A stretch of DNA of 64,000 bases from Ruditapes philippinarum. Its lineage: Eukaryota. Positions 39,297-52,190 of the stretch are shown here, in pieces; positions within the stretch are counted from its first letter, which is position 1, and every line of letters begins with the position of its first letter. The notes below the pieces were generated by a model, which was not told where the DNA came from, did no database searches, and worked only from the letters and a program-made list of their open reading frames with translations. Both the position numbers and the translations under genes were made by a program. Where the stretch lies: NCBI RefSeq assembly GCF_026571515.1, contig NW_026866038.1:62001-126000 (forward strand). Direction: 5' to 3'.

Positions 39297-39800
39297 TTTA
39301 TTTCATGCTTTCCAGTGTTTTATTGTGATATATCAGATGATTATATTCTGATAAACCACTAGTTTCACTGTATCCGGACTATATCTGAATGCGGATGAAA
39401 AAAAAATTAAACTAAATGGAATAACAGGCAGAAATAAATGCCGTCATACGTAAATTTTGCTTCTTTAGGAAAAACGAGCCGATGTCACCATACATCATGT
39501 TAAACATGTAACAAAATTAGAGAAATTTAACAGAACTATATTTCAAAATTGATGATGTGACGTCATAATGTGATGACGTCACAAAGGAGAATGCGCGACG
39601 TTACGCGGCAAAATCAGTAAAAAATACTTAAAATCACTTAAAAAGCATGAAATAAAAAGAAAATTTATTTGCTTTACATATAAGATTGAAATATATATTT
39701 CATTCGTGAACACCAGCTATTATATAAAATATTGCATCTGGTGTTCACTCAGTGAAATTATATTTCAATCTTACATGCAAAACAAACAAATATCCTTTAT
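39297..39800. mobile_element. ~500-bp non-coding insertion with a long subterminal hairpin
   Basis: Absent at the equivalent site near 27237. Inverted repeat arms at 39661-39716 and 39738-39791. Confidence 0.7.
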
Positions 39801-40290
39801 GTAATATAAATTATTTCTAATTTTTTTTTCATCACATATGCTTATTATATCCTTAGATATTATATCTTCGACCGTTTCCGTAAAAGTCTTAAACAATATG
39901 TTGCTTGCTTTAGGTTGCCAACTTCACGCACAAACTATTATCATGAATGTGTATATAGCAAGCAATCTGAACCCTCGTCAGGCATAATATCTTAAATTGA
40001 TTCATCCATCTAGTGATATGGACAAAGCCATTCAGTTTTCGTAGCGAAACTTTCATATTAAGTACTGACTGAATAGAGAACGATGCAGACTAGGATTTGT
40101 CGTCTGATCTTGGTCTGTAATGGTTGCATGGGGAGATTCAGCCAGCAAGTTAAGGTTTAAATACGTGTTTTATATGCTATGCTTTCTTTCTTTTTGTGTG
40201 TCTATTGTACTTGCCCATAGATAAGACATACAATCGTTACATTTTGATTTGACTCTAGAAGGACAAAGACAATATATAATTTATAAGATG

Positions 40291-40296
40291 TTTATT
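40291..40296 (-). terminator. Candidate polyadenylation signal of lectin 3
   Basis: AATAAA followed about 20 nt later by GT-rich TTGTCTTTGTCC on the minus strand. Conserved at 27732..27737 downstream of lectin 2. Confidence 0.45.
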
Positions 40297-40799
40297 TCAG
40301 TTGCTTTGACACAAAGTCATACAAATGATAAAAGGGTTAACCCACAAATACTCCATCACTGAAAGGAAAAAGTATATCACAATAGAGGTTTGTGGTGGAC
40401 TTTCTTTAGGGATTCTTATTTTTATCTATTTATAAATATGACTTTTACCTAACATTTTGACGTTCGTCAGGTTTTCCCCCGAATTTTGTTAAATATAGGT
40501 GAGTTATGAACAATTTTGGCCGTTTCATTTGTAGTTGAGTAAGACAATTGTATTAACAGTTTAATGGTCATAATTCTTATGGTAAATTATTTTTGTGGCA
40601 ATGAAAATATTAAAAATTTAAGTAGGCAGGCACCGTCACATTCCATATCATATTTTTGATTTAGTACGCCGAAAGACAATTTTTTTCTTTTATCTAATAT
40701 CATCAATCATTTGATAAACTTGAGCCTCGTGAAGTGGCAAACGTGTCGGTTTTACACGTATTAATTGAACTTTGAATATGAAACAAATGTAGTATCGCC

Positions 40800-42881
40800 T
40801 CACGTGTCTTGTTTTTCGCATATGTATTGCAGAGTATCACTGCTACAATGCCAATCATTCCAGTGTCCATCATAGTTTATTCCAATCAATGTACCACAGT
40901 TTTCATTATTTTTCACATTATCAGGCGCACCTGGCATCCAGTTTGAATATCCAGTTTGTGACATTGGAGTATTGGTCTCCATCCATACCCAGACCCCTTC
41001 TTCTTGTATATCACTAAGAGCTATCCAGTAATTTTCTATGGATATGTAATTTAGCCAATTGAAGTAATTATACAATACAGACTCGATTGCCACTATGCTA
41101 TACTTAATGGCTATTATTGACTTATTTTGTAATTGAATAAATTCCATTCGCAGTTATTAGATATCTTACCCTTTGACAATTATTAGTGTTCAAACTTATC
41201 TAAAGCAGCTGAACACCCTGATAAAAGCCATTATACATGTACTAATATGAAAAATGAAATATCCTATTCAATACAAATAATCATTCTTTTCTTTCAAAAA
41301 TATAATTTGTGTGACAACACGGCCATCATATTAACATAATGAGCTATGTCAGTATGATTAATTATGTACGTCTTTGTTGAAAAAATGATAAAAAATATGA
41401 CCGAATATATATTCATTTCTTTTACCATTAAAGTTTATCGCCATAGACGCAAGGAAAGCGTTCTCTGCAGCTGTCTCGATTTCTACTAATGTTCCTCCTA
41501 AAATGTGACACATATTCTGAAATGGAAACGTAGACTTTACTAAATAAACGCGATATTAAAGCTTGATACATGTCTAATATTTGTTGGCCCCATCCCATAG
41601 CAATCCTTTTTTTCAGATTGTTTTTGCCGACATGATCACTACAAACGTCACAATTAATATATATTGACTGTTCGAGACAAAAAATTACAATCATTTACCA
41701 AAAGTTACCCAACATCTTATAAATATTTTATTACACTTTTTGTCGGAGATGCTCTTGACCTAATTTTCAGTAAAGTGAAACCACCTTCCATACCCAAATG
41801 AGTGATAAGTGATAACATACCATAGCGCTTGACCAGTCCTCCAGGTCGTGACTAAAATGATAACATGCATTATTGTGACGCATCCATCCGCTTGGACAAG
41901 ACGCATCTAAATGAATTAATACAATTACATGTCTGTTGTTGTTATTATATTTATCTTATGTACGATTTTGCATATTTAATTAAGTATGCCCTTAAAAGTG
42001 TTTTTAATTAATACTTAAGTAATATTTGTTTTCTTGCGAACCATTGTTAATGTTCGCTACTTGAGTATATTATTCCGTATTAGGTTAGGTGAGATTTTGT
42101 GATGGCAGTGTGTCTGTCGTCTGTAATTTGTCGTAATCCATAATAACTTAAAAGGACAGCTCCTCCTTAACCACTTGGTAGATTTATCTCTAACTTCACA
42201 GGAATAGTTTTTAGATGGTCATCTAAAAATAAATGGTTCAAGTCTGAATTTAAATATAGACTTCAAGATGAAATAATTGAAAATATTCTCCTCAAAAACT
42301 ACAATTCCCGGAACGTATATACATGACATGTAGCATCAATTTGTGGTCATGTAAATCATGAGGTTCACCCCGGCAAGAATTATTCCCAACCCGTTGTAGT
42401 CTAGACAATGTGTTTTTAAATTTTTTAAAGTTCTCCAGTTCTAGTAGTTCCTAGCGAACATCTACACACGTTTTAAAAATCATGCAGCTTGGGTAAAGAT
42501 GACAACCAAATGTGACATATTTACTGCCGTTTGCATTGGATAATTGTAACCTTTTGTAACTATGTATCTCAGATGAGCGATTATTGCCCTCTTGTTTGCT
42601 TACTTGATAAGTTTACCCTTTTTAAATAAAGTATCTTTTTAAATAAAGTAATATCTTTAATTTAGAAAATTAGATTAATATGGGAGGGAATGGTCATTTG
42701 TTTTGTCTTTAAATAGGTAACCAATCCCTTACGTTCTAAACGAGCAAAATATGCTTTGTTATTCTAAACAAAGTTTCATTGTTTCCGTACCTTGTTTTTT
42801 ATGCAAAGAAAAAAATCAAACAGACTTACCTAAACTCCAGAATAAAGAACATATAACCAATAAGATTTGAACTTTCCACAT
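40800..42881 (-). CDS. Perlucin-like secreted C-type lectin, copy 3 (4 coding exons, 154 aa)
   Basis: Exons complement(42830..42881, 41821..41906, 41426..41516, 40800..41035), GT-AG, 465 nt in frame. MWKVQILLVICSLFWSLDASCPSGWMRHNNACYHFSHDLEDWSSAMNMCHILGGTLVEIETAAENAFL...WIALSD...APDN...ENC...WNDWHC...YICEK. Confidence 0.93.
42060..42596 (-). mobile_element. Decayed pearl/Helentron-like element in lectin-3 intron 1
   Basis: Ends CAGATGAGCGA...GCCCTCTTGTT, the reverse complement of the 28876 terminus. Microsatellite-like GTCTGTCGTCTG near the other end. Confidence 0.55.
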
Positions 42882-43476
42882 CGTGCATATATCTGAAGCG
42901 GCAATTATTTATTATGAAAATTGTCCGGTTAGTTCTTATCTATCAATTTTGTCCTACATGTGCATGTACATGACCAAGATAACGCTAGCGTTATAAAGTC
43001 ACAATTCAGCAAAAAAAGTCATTCCATTTTTGATAAAAAGTACTGTATAGTTATTCTTTTGATCTTCTGGCGTCCTCTCACTTTTTGGATATATTTAGAA
43101 AAACAGATATGTAAATTGTTTACATGAATTAAAATATTCACATTCATTCCAAGCAACAGTCTGTTGTTCGTATACGTAAATATTTGAAGTAACTTCACTC
43201 GTCTTTAAAGACATTAAGATGCATGCAGGCGCTTGGTGCAATGTATATGCGGAGAGCACATTCATCGTACAACCTTCACTGCATACGCACTTAACCTCAA
43301 GCCAGCATCTGAATCTACCAGTCATATCAGTGCAGACCAAGATTATCCGCCACCTCCATGCCATCTGATCATGTCTGCAATGTTTACTATTCAGTCAGTA
43401 CTTAATATTTATACTTTTCGCTAAAAAAGTGATGAATGGTTTTGTCCAGACACACACACTCACTAAATTAATCACT

Positions 43477-43614
43477 NNNNNNNNNNNNNNNNNNNNNNNN
43501 NNNNNNNNNNNNNNNNNNNNNNNNNNNNNNNNNNNNNNNNNNNNNNNNNNNNNNNNNNNNNNNNNNNNNNNNNNNNNNNNNNNNNNNNNNNNNNNNNNNN
43601 NNNNNNNNNNNNNN
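43477..43614. other. Assembly gap flanked by (CA)n
   Basis: Run of N. Confidence 0.99.
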
Positions 43615-43669
43615 CACACACACAAGCCGCGAATGCGCACACCCACATACTCATTTATCTCTCAATGGC

Positions 43670-44870
43670 GACTTAGTCACCACTTTTGGCGTATAGTGGA
43701 TATTGTGTATGTGCGTCCGTCCATACGGATTTGTTGTGTCTATATCTTGCTCATTCTTCAAAGGATTACAAAATAATTTGGTACAAATATTCATCATAAT
43801 AGGTGCTGTGTTGAATAAAAAACACAGGTTCGTCGCTCAAAGGTCAAAGTCACAGTTGGGGTTAAGGGCAAAACCCCTGTCCGAAAGGTAACTTCTGCAT
43901 GCATGGAGGGATTTTAATATAGCCCGGTACAAATATCTCCATAGTGAGGCAGAGTGTCGCATAAAGAATTCAGGTGTCTGTGTCAAAGATTAGGGTCACA
44001 CTTAGGGGTAAAAAGTCAAATAACAAAATCAAACATTCATTTGCGAGTGTAACTTCTTTATACATGGATGGATTTAGATATAACTTTACACAAATGCTCG
44101 CGCAAAACCCGTGTTATAAGCATAACATCTACTTGCGTGGTGGGACTGAAATATATAATTATAACTAGGGTCAAATGTTCTCTACAGTAAAGCAAAGTGT
44201 CACTCGAAAAATCTAGGTGTCTGTGGCAAAGGTCAAGGTCTTACTTCAAGGATAAAGGTCATCAAGTTTAAGATTTACTTGTGAGTATCACTTCTAGATA
44301 CATGAAATGACTTTAATATAACTTAGAAAAAATGTTATCCATGGTGAGTTAAGTGGTCTTGCGGAAAATTAAGGTCAAGGTAACAAGAGGTCAAAGGTCA
44401 AATAAAACGAACAAAATTTGTTTGTCGGCACTGTATCTTGCTTATACTTTGAAGTATACAGCTAAGGTGTCAGAGGATTTTTGTCGAGCCCGCTTGCGAT
44501 GTGACATTATTGTCAAAATGGCTATTTAGTATTTGTGTGTGCGTGGGTGCGTCCAAACTTGTCCATGCCATAACTGATACGTGCATGGAGGAATTTTTAA
44601 ATAACATGAATTGAGTTTTCTAGACACAAATGTTCATCATGAGACTTCGTGTCATGCACATGAACTAGGTCGCCGGGTCAGTGGTCAAGGTCATCTTAGA
44701 TAATGCAATGTCAAGATTTTGCCTTGGGAATAAAGAGGAAGTGTTTCGCACATCTAACCTATGTATACATCTCTTTTCTTGAAGCTTATATGTTCAGGTT
44801 CAATTAAGTCGAACGGACTCGAGATTCAGCCTGTGGGCATGTGACATGTCTTGCACTTTACAATCGACCC
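43670..44870. mobile_element. Decayed Helentron/MITE-like repeats with AAGGTCAAGGTCA cores
   Basis: Recurring AAGGTCAAGGTC-like motifs and GTGCGTCCGTCC microsatellite heads near 43710 and 44535. Not present in unit 2. Confidence 0.55.
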
Positions 44871-45833
44871 TTTGACGTATTCCTGAAATCAAGTATATTT
44901 AACTACAGATGAACATATCCAATTTATTATTTAAGTGTTTTTAGTAATAAGGAAGATATAAAAGTGCAGTAACAGTACTGACATTTTGATCTGTTAAGAT
45001 TGCACTTTAAATAAAGTGTTCTTGGTAACTGGGCAAACGTAACCTTTTTTAGCTCATCGGAGCTCTTCGAAAAGTAATTGCGTCCATCAATCACAAGGAG
45101 CATGTTGTATGTGAGATATTTACATCGAGACCATGTTTTCAGCGCAATGATAACTATATTGTCCAATTTTCCTGATAGCTGTTTTGACAAAAAATAAAAT
45201 ATGTATGTCGCCTACGACAATCATTAAGAAAACCAAGTCAAATCATCCGACTCAAAGTAAGAACATAATTCCACAGAATGCGCACCATATTACTTTTAAT
45301 ATCCAATTTCATGACGTCGATTATAACTGACGTCTGTATATGATAATTGCTTTGTGTATAAAACAATTTTCAAATTATTATAGAAGTAACAAAACTTGAC
45401 CCTTTGTATAAATCAGTTAATATACTTTCCCCGTAGTAGGGTACTGCAAGTTAAGAATAATCAGTTCTAAGGAACACTTGGTTGAACTGTTCAGTTTAAA
45501 AACAATAGTATGCAAGAGACAGTCACAAACTAGATCAAACAACAGCAATAAGAACCTAAAGGTAATAGCTTTCTATTTATCTCCAAGATTAATTCGATAT
45601 TTGGTTTAAAAATGATTAAAAACGAAATAAAATAAATAAAAATAATTGTTATAAAAGCAAATACAAACAAAATTATAAAAAACGAAAAGAAAAACATCAC
45701 CTGGTTAGGGTCTTAGGTCTTAGTCTTAGGGTGAGCGTCCCCGTGTCATTATTCACTTCTTGTTGTTTGTTTTGTTTTGGTTTCATTCCAAGAAGAAATA
45801 TTGCATCATACTTTTCTTCAAGTGTTTTCCCTG

Positions 45834-45896
45834 TATAAATAGTTTACAACGTTAGCTTCATTTTAACTTTGCTTTTCAACAGCAAGGAAGGAAAAG
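45834..45896 (+). promoter_or_regulatory. TATA box, Inr-like motif and non-coding exon 1 of gene B
   Basis: TATAAAT at 45834, TCATTT at 45858, donor AAG|GTGAGT at 45896/45897. Confidence 0.75.
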
Positions 45897-46244
45897 GTGA
45901 GTATTTAATATTTTTAATGATTGTGTAGATTATATACGAGATATTTGTTAGTTTTGTAAAAGTTACCTTAAAAAGAAGAAAAAAGAAATTGAAAAAAATG
46001 AAAATGTTTAATATAGTTTTCTAGCGCTAGTGAATCTAGAAATCATAAGCGATATACATGTATTTCACATTCGTGATCTACAAGCACACTTTCATTTTTA
46101 GAAAATAATTGTTATTTAATGTAAATCATAAATCTCTGAATGATATTTTATTATTGATTAAGTTATTATTTTTACATTATCACTAGATTATGTATATATC
46201 CCAATTTTCCATTAATCTTATCCTGTTGATTTCCAGCGAGAAAG

Positions 46245-47564
46245 ATGGCGTCATCAAATGTGCTTGTTATGTTGCTTGCCATGGCAACGCTTGTGAATTT
46301 TACTTGTGCTGTAGAGAATTCAACCCAAAAACAGGTAGGTGTTTTAAAAAATGTTTCAACCATGAGTTCTTTTTCTTCACTGAAGTTTGGAGAATATCTT
46401 TTACTTTTACCATTTGTTGCTTTTAATTTCAAATATTTGTTATTTTTTATGTTTAAAATATTTGTTTGATGTTGGTGTAATTTGAAAACTAAATAATATT
46501 TTTGCAATAAATACGAACAACTAACAGACAAGTAACACTTCTGTATCTATCTACTGACATAACTATATCTTTTAACGGCTTAAGCCGATCATGAAAAATT
46601 ATGTAACGCGTACGAGTGTTCCAACCCATCTTTGCAAGGTCTTTAATCTCAGTTCAAGTTCTGGCCACCGAAGTACATATGTTTGCCCAACAAATGTCTC
46701 TTTTCAAAAGTTAGAAGCAAAATTTTCAAACTTCGTATGTATAACATTACATATGTTCTAGAAAACTGATTGTAATAACGTTTACATGAATTCGGTAAAA
46801 ACCAACATCAGCCGATCTAAAATAACACCCAATACCATACAAAGGTCTCAAAAAGCGTCAATGGTGTTGCTGGTGTTACAACGGTTAATGTTGAAGAAAT
46901 TGCTAAAGTTTAGATTTGTTTCTTATCTTTCTTAAAGGGAATCACCGACAGTCTCACGAAAACACAAGACAGACTCGAAAAGTTTAATCCTTTTGACCGT
47001 TTCAAAAAATGGCCTTTCCGTAACTTTCACAATGAGGATGGAGGCGGAGGTGATTTTCATTACCACAAAGTTAAAGGAGATGGGACGGTTCGTAACTATC
47101 GCGTTGAGGACGGAGGTCTTGGGGACAGATTCTACCACGAAGTAGATGGAGATGGGAACATTCGAAACTATGGTGTTGAGGACGGAGGTGAAGGTGACAT
47201 ATATTACCACGAAATCGATGAAGATGGGACTGTTCGTAACTACCATGTCGAAGACGGAGGTCAGGGTGACAGAGTGTACCAAGAAGTCGACGCAGATGGG
47301 AACGTTAGAAACTACAAGGTCGAAGACGGAGGCCAGGGTGACATGACATTTCATGAAGTCGACGAATATGGGAACGTTCGTAACTACCATGTTGAAGACG
47401 GAGGTGAAGGTGACAGGTACTACCACGAAGTCGAAGGTGACGGGAGTCCATTTCGTAGAAATTATTATTACAACAATGTACATGGAGGTAGAAACCGTTT
47501 CTATGACAGTGAAAGCAGCTCCTCCGAGTCTATGGATTGGGATGATTTTCTATTCGACTTGTAA
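46245..47564 (+). CDS. Secreted acidic 24-aa-repeat protein B (6 repeats, 238 aa), unrecognised family
   Basis: join(46245..46334, 46938..47564), phase-0 GT-AG intron. MASSNVLVMLLAMATLVNFTCAVENSTQKQ|GITDSLTKTQDRLEKFNPFDRFKKWP, then 6 repeats, then PFRRNYYYNNVHGGRNRFYDSESSSSESMDWDDFLFDL*. Confidence 0.9.
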
Positions 47565-48009
47565 GCAAATTATTTACTGAGGGGTTACCTTTATCGCGTC
47601 GTTGTGATCTTTTTGATTTTGATATGTGTACAAGTTGCATTTCTGTAGAATAGTCAGATCTTATATAACATTTGTTTTTATATTTGCATATCCTGACATC
47701 TGATTAAGGAATTAAAACTGTCGCCAAAAGTATAAAAAAAATCTTACAATTTGAGCAATATATTCCACAATATTCATCAAGAAATTCGATTTGGTTATTT
47801 TGCACTACCATCAGTAGAATAGCCTTAAATATTAAAATAACAACTATAATAATTTATTAACGGGTTCATTTCCATGTATAGAATGCCAATTTTCTTATTG
47901 AACTTAATTTATAAGTGGCATATGCACGTATATGACTTGAATTGTTTAAAACCTTTTGCATTGTTTGACAATCTGTATTATGTCATCAACATCGCGATTC
48001 CACAATTAT

Positions 48010-48350
48010 GCTGTCATGTTTCAGCATTACAGGATTGAACCAAAGTGTTTCACTTTCGCAGGGTGCCATCATAGTATTTCACCATCGAATGTTGCCATCA
48101 TAGTGTTTCACTATCACACGATCGCATCATAGTATTTCACGATCGCATCAAATCACGATTGCATCATAGCGTTCCACTATCGCAGGATCGCATCATAGTA
48201 TATCACTATCATGCAATCGTGTTTTAATCCTTGTTCCGAAGTGTTTTCATCATCGTGTTATCCTGCTATTGTGTTTCCATCATCGCAGCATTTTGAATCG
48301 TGTGTTATGCAAATTAAAAAAGCAACGATTGTCGTAACAGAACACTGTAC
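48010..48350. repeat. ~29-bp minisatellite, unit 3 copy
   Basis: Same motif as 11770..12240. Confidence 0.85.
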
Positions 48351-49334
48351 TCGCTACGCTCCATCCTTTTCTTATAAGTGTATAACGATAACATTATTTG
48401 TGGTAAATTGTAAGCTTTTGATAACCATTATGCTTTTCTTACTTTCAGATTTGATTCATTATTCTAAAATCGAGCATTTCGGAGTGAAGAAAGCCAGGAA
48501 GATTATTCAGTTTGCTTGTAGAAACTTTTATTCTGATTAAAAAGTTAAATACACTCTTATAATTCTTTTATTGTTATTCAAGTAGTTTATACCATCAGAG
48601 TTATGATCGGAGCAGTAAACAAATGGTTAATGTCGCCACACTTCAATCATTCGAAAGTATACTCTTTCCTCTGCCTCAACCAAGCACCGATTTGGCACTA
48701 TTTGAAATTCTTTATAATTAAGGATTTTGAACATTGATGACAATACTGACAATCTAAAATGCATTTTTACCAAACAAGACATAAATCGTGCTAAATTAAG
48801 ACATATAGTTACATTCATTTTTTTAATATTATCTTTAGATAAAACTTATTATCTTTCATTAAAAAGTCGCAATGTCATCTCTTGTTCGATCATTAGATAT
48901 ATAAATAAGACAGAGTGGCATTTATAGGCTTCCATACTTTATCCTTTATAATAATAGATTGACAATTATATAATTTATTTGGATTTCAAGTCGTTCGGAG
49001 TTCTACTACACCCCAAGTGTCTATAGTCCTGACCAGACAGAAGACTACAAAGTGGTATACATTAGTTTCAATCTTTTACCATAATCGAGATGAAATATAC
49101 AGTTTTAAAGCAAAAACATGAATAATTTCTGACTACATGACAAGCTTTTATCCATGATGGTTATTTCCTTTGAGCATCGCTCTGAGTTGTAGTGGGATGA
49201 GGGAAAGAAAAGTGTACATCCTTAAATAGCGTTAGCTTAACTCTTACCACGCTTAATTTTCAATACATTCTTTTTATGTGTATGTATTTGAGTATATCTA
49301 TGATCCCCACCGATTGTCCAGATATGCGAGTCCT

Positions 49335-49588
49335 TCAAAAGAGTATTAGTAATTTTATATTACAATTATATAGTACAAGATACAGATACAGGAAGATGCC
49401 AAAATTCCAGAAGCTTTCTCTGGTTCTTTAGCGTGCCAAGTGTTAAAGCACTTATACAAAGGGGCTCGATTTTAAGTCTCATCCGAAAGACTGATTAGTT
49501 ACTTTTAGTTGGTTGGTCAGTCCGGGAATCGAACGCTCAATGTTGAAATTACATGCCTCGCACTCTAACCGTGTGAGCTATGCGGGCA
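49335..49588 (-). mobile_element. tRNA-derived SINE (V-SINE-like), unit 3 copy
   Basis: Minus strand GTTCGATTCCCGG B-box and CTTTCGGATGAGACTTAAA. Equivalent to the other two copies. Confidence 0.7.
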
Positions 49589-50779
49589 GAATTTTTAGTG
49601 AAACTTTCAAAAATAAGTATTAACTGAAAAGCGAACAGTGAAGACCATGTGACACGTGCGGGTAGATTCAATTTCCGCCAGCAGAAAGTTAATCAACACT
49701 AACAAAGTCGTTATTAACAATTGTCATTTTCTTGCTTATGTCAAAATTTGAAAACTTATTGAGGCAATGATTCATTATTAAAGTTCATTTTGTACATGTT
49801 CAAAACTTACGACGTAACAGAATCTTAGAAAAGTGTAACTAAACTATTTTAGTTTACTAGGAAATCCTTTGGTGTTTTTTCATAGGTTTATTTCAATTAC
49901 TATAAAACATATTATTATGACTTAAACCTAAGAGGTTTAAGGAAAAGTGATGTAAGTTTTTCCTGTAATATAAGTTATAACAATTTATTCAAGTGTTTCC
50001 TAGTAGATAACTACAATAATACATTATTATACTCTTAATTATTTTTATTATACATACATTGTATATACATAAACCGGATAAGTTTTCTTAATCAACAAGG
50101 AAAAAGGTCGTTTTATTGGTAGCTAAGTTTAATAATATTTTATTGCCTAATAGTATATAGATATACATTAATTCACTTATATCAACAAAATTACACAATA
50201 TACAAAAGGGTTGGGCCAAAAGCTATATGTATTTAATATAATATTCAGTAGATCTAATGTGGTTACGATATATTTGGTAGATACAATACACCATATGATA
50301 ATCTAAGAGAAGTGATGATTCTAAACTATATTATAAACTACAATTACCATATTGCTATCCAAATTGCACAAAAAAGGAAAGTATCCAAATTGCTTACATG
50401 CCAGTATATGAAAGAATATGTCCATTTTTGTAAAAAGTGCATTAAGACAGAAATGCATATTTATTACAATGCCCTCTCTTTATATTAAAATACGTAATAT
50501 CATCTATTGTGAGAAAGCTTAATCTGTAGATGATGGTTTTTTATGAGATGCCTGGAAATGACATGTTTGTAGACATGTTCTATCCCAAAGACATGCAAAA
50601 TCCTGCTGTGATGAATTAAAACTGAGAAATAATACTTGTAGTATCATTTAGAAGGTCCCCACCCCGATATTTTGCTCCAAGATAAAAGAAATGGCAGGGC
50701 GGGATCCTCGGATCCTTAAGATTTGTCCTTTGGGGTTCCGCTCAAGCGTAAAAAGGGGAGATAAACGTAAACATTTGTT

Positions 50780-51277
50780 CAAAAACTATTGGCATCAAAA
50801 GTTCCTTAAAGTTTGCAAGTGCGCAAAAATCAGTCAAAGACCAACGAAATGGACTCTGAAGTGTCCTTATATGTAAATAATATCATTTTCACCATTGGCA
50901 CCAAACTTCCTGAAAAGTCTACGATTTCCCCAGAATCAGTCGCAGACAAACCAATGGATTCTGGAGGGTCCCTATATGTCAAAAATGTCATTATCTCAAT
51001 TGGTACCAAAATTCCTGAAAGTCAGCGAATGTCCCAAAATCAGTCGCAGACCAATCCAATAGACTCTGGAGGCTCCCTAGATGCCAAAAATTTTATCATC
51101 TCAATTGGAACCAAAAGTTTCTGAAAGTCTTCGACTATCCCAGAATCAGTTGCAACCAACGAAAAGGACTTTTAAGGGATACTAGAACAAAAAATAGATT
51201 TTAAATCAATTGGCACCAAAATTCCTTGAAGTCTTCAACGATGTTAGAAACAGTAGCAGACCAGTGAAATAGATCCT
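50780..51277. repeat. Degenerate 105-bp tandem repeat (~5 copies)
   Basis: ATTGG(C/T/A)ACCAAAA-like motif at about 50788, 50894, 50999, 51104 and 51209. Confidence 0.85.
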
Positions 51278-52190
51278 GGTATAATAGTTTGGATGAACTT
51301 TAACAATACATCGTTCAGAGTTATCCGTCGCATGGTATAACAGTTTGAATGTACTTTAACAATACATCATTAAGAGTTGTCCGTCGCAACGTATAAAAGT
51401 TTGAATGTACTTTAACAATACATCGTTTGGAGTTATCTGTCGCAAGGTATAAAAATTTGAATGTACTTTAAAAAAACATCGTTTGAAGTTATATGTCGCA
51501 AGGTATAAAAGTTTGAATATACTTTAACAATACATCGTTTGGAGTTATCTGTCGCACGGTATAAAAGTTTGATTGTACTTTAACAATACTACGTTTGAAG
51601 TTATCTGTCGCACGGTATAAAAGTTTGAATGTACTTTAACAATACATCGTTTGGAGTTATCTTTCGCACAGTATAATAGTTTGAATGTACTTTTACAATA
51701 CATCGTTTGGAGTAATCTGTCGCACGGTATAATAGTTTGAATGTACTTTTACAATACATCGTTTGGAGTAATCTGTCGCACGGTATAAAAGTTTGAATGT
51801 ACTTTAACAATACATCGTTTGGAGTTATCTGTCGCACGGTATAAAAGTTTGAATGTACTTTAACAATACATCGTTTGGAGTTATCTTTCGCACGGTATAA
51901 AAGTTTGGATGTACTTTAACAATACATCGTTTGGAGTTATCTGTCGCAAGGAATAAAAGTTTGAATGTACTTTAACAATACATCGTTCAGAGTTATCTGT
52001 CGCAAGGAATAAAAGTTTGGATGTACTTTAACAATACATCGTTCAGAGTTGTCTGTCGCAAGGTATAAAAGTTTGGATGTTCTTTTACACCTGTCACACG
52101 GTGTAAACGTTTGGATGTTCTTTTACAATATATGGTTAAGAGTTATCTGTCACACTGTATAAAAGTTTGGATGTACTTAAACTATACATT
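51278..52190. repeat. 56-bp minisatellite (~16 copies)
   Basis: Unit GTATAAAAGTTTGAATGTACTTTAACAATACATCGTTTGGAGTTATCTGTCGCACG. Confidence 0.95.

Noticed and set aside
40200-40255. Fifth lectin exon after TTGTCTTTGTCCTTCTAG (minus strand)
   Set aside because: The paralogous copy near 27660-27695 differs by a frame-changing indel, and the tract fits better as the GT-rich element after AATAAA.
46932-47483. Long antisense and alternative-frame ORFs over genes A and B (also 35687..36004 and 35850..36188)
   Set aside because: Shadows of the repetitive sense CDS; no independent gene structure.
50813-51124. 103-aa ORF with a 35-aa repeat
   Set aside because: Translation of a 105-bp tandem repeat. 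It has no ATG start, adjacent copies are frameshifted or stopped, and there is no splice or signal support.
51278-52190. CRISPR-like appearance of the 56-bp array (also the 54-bp array at 55540)
   Set aside because: Head-to-tail repeats without unique spacers, no cas genes, eukaryotic context.
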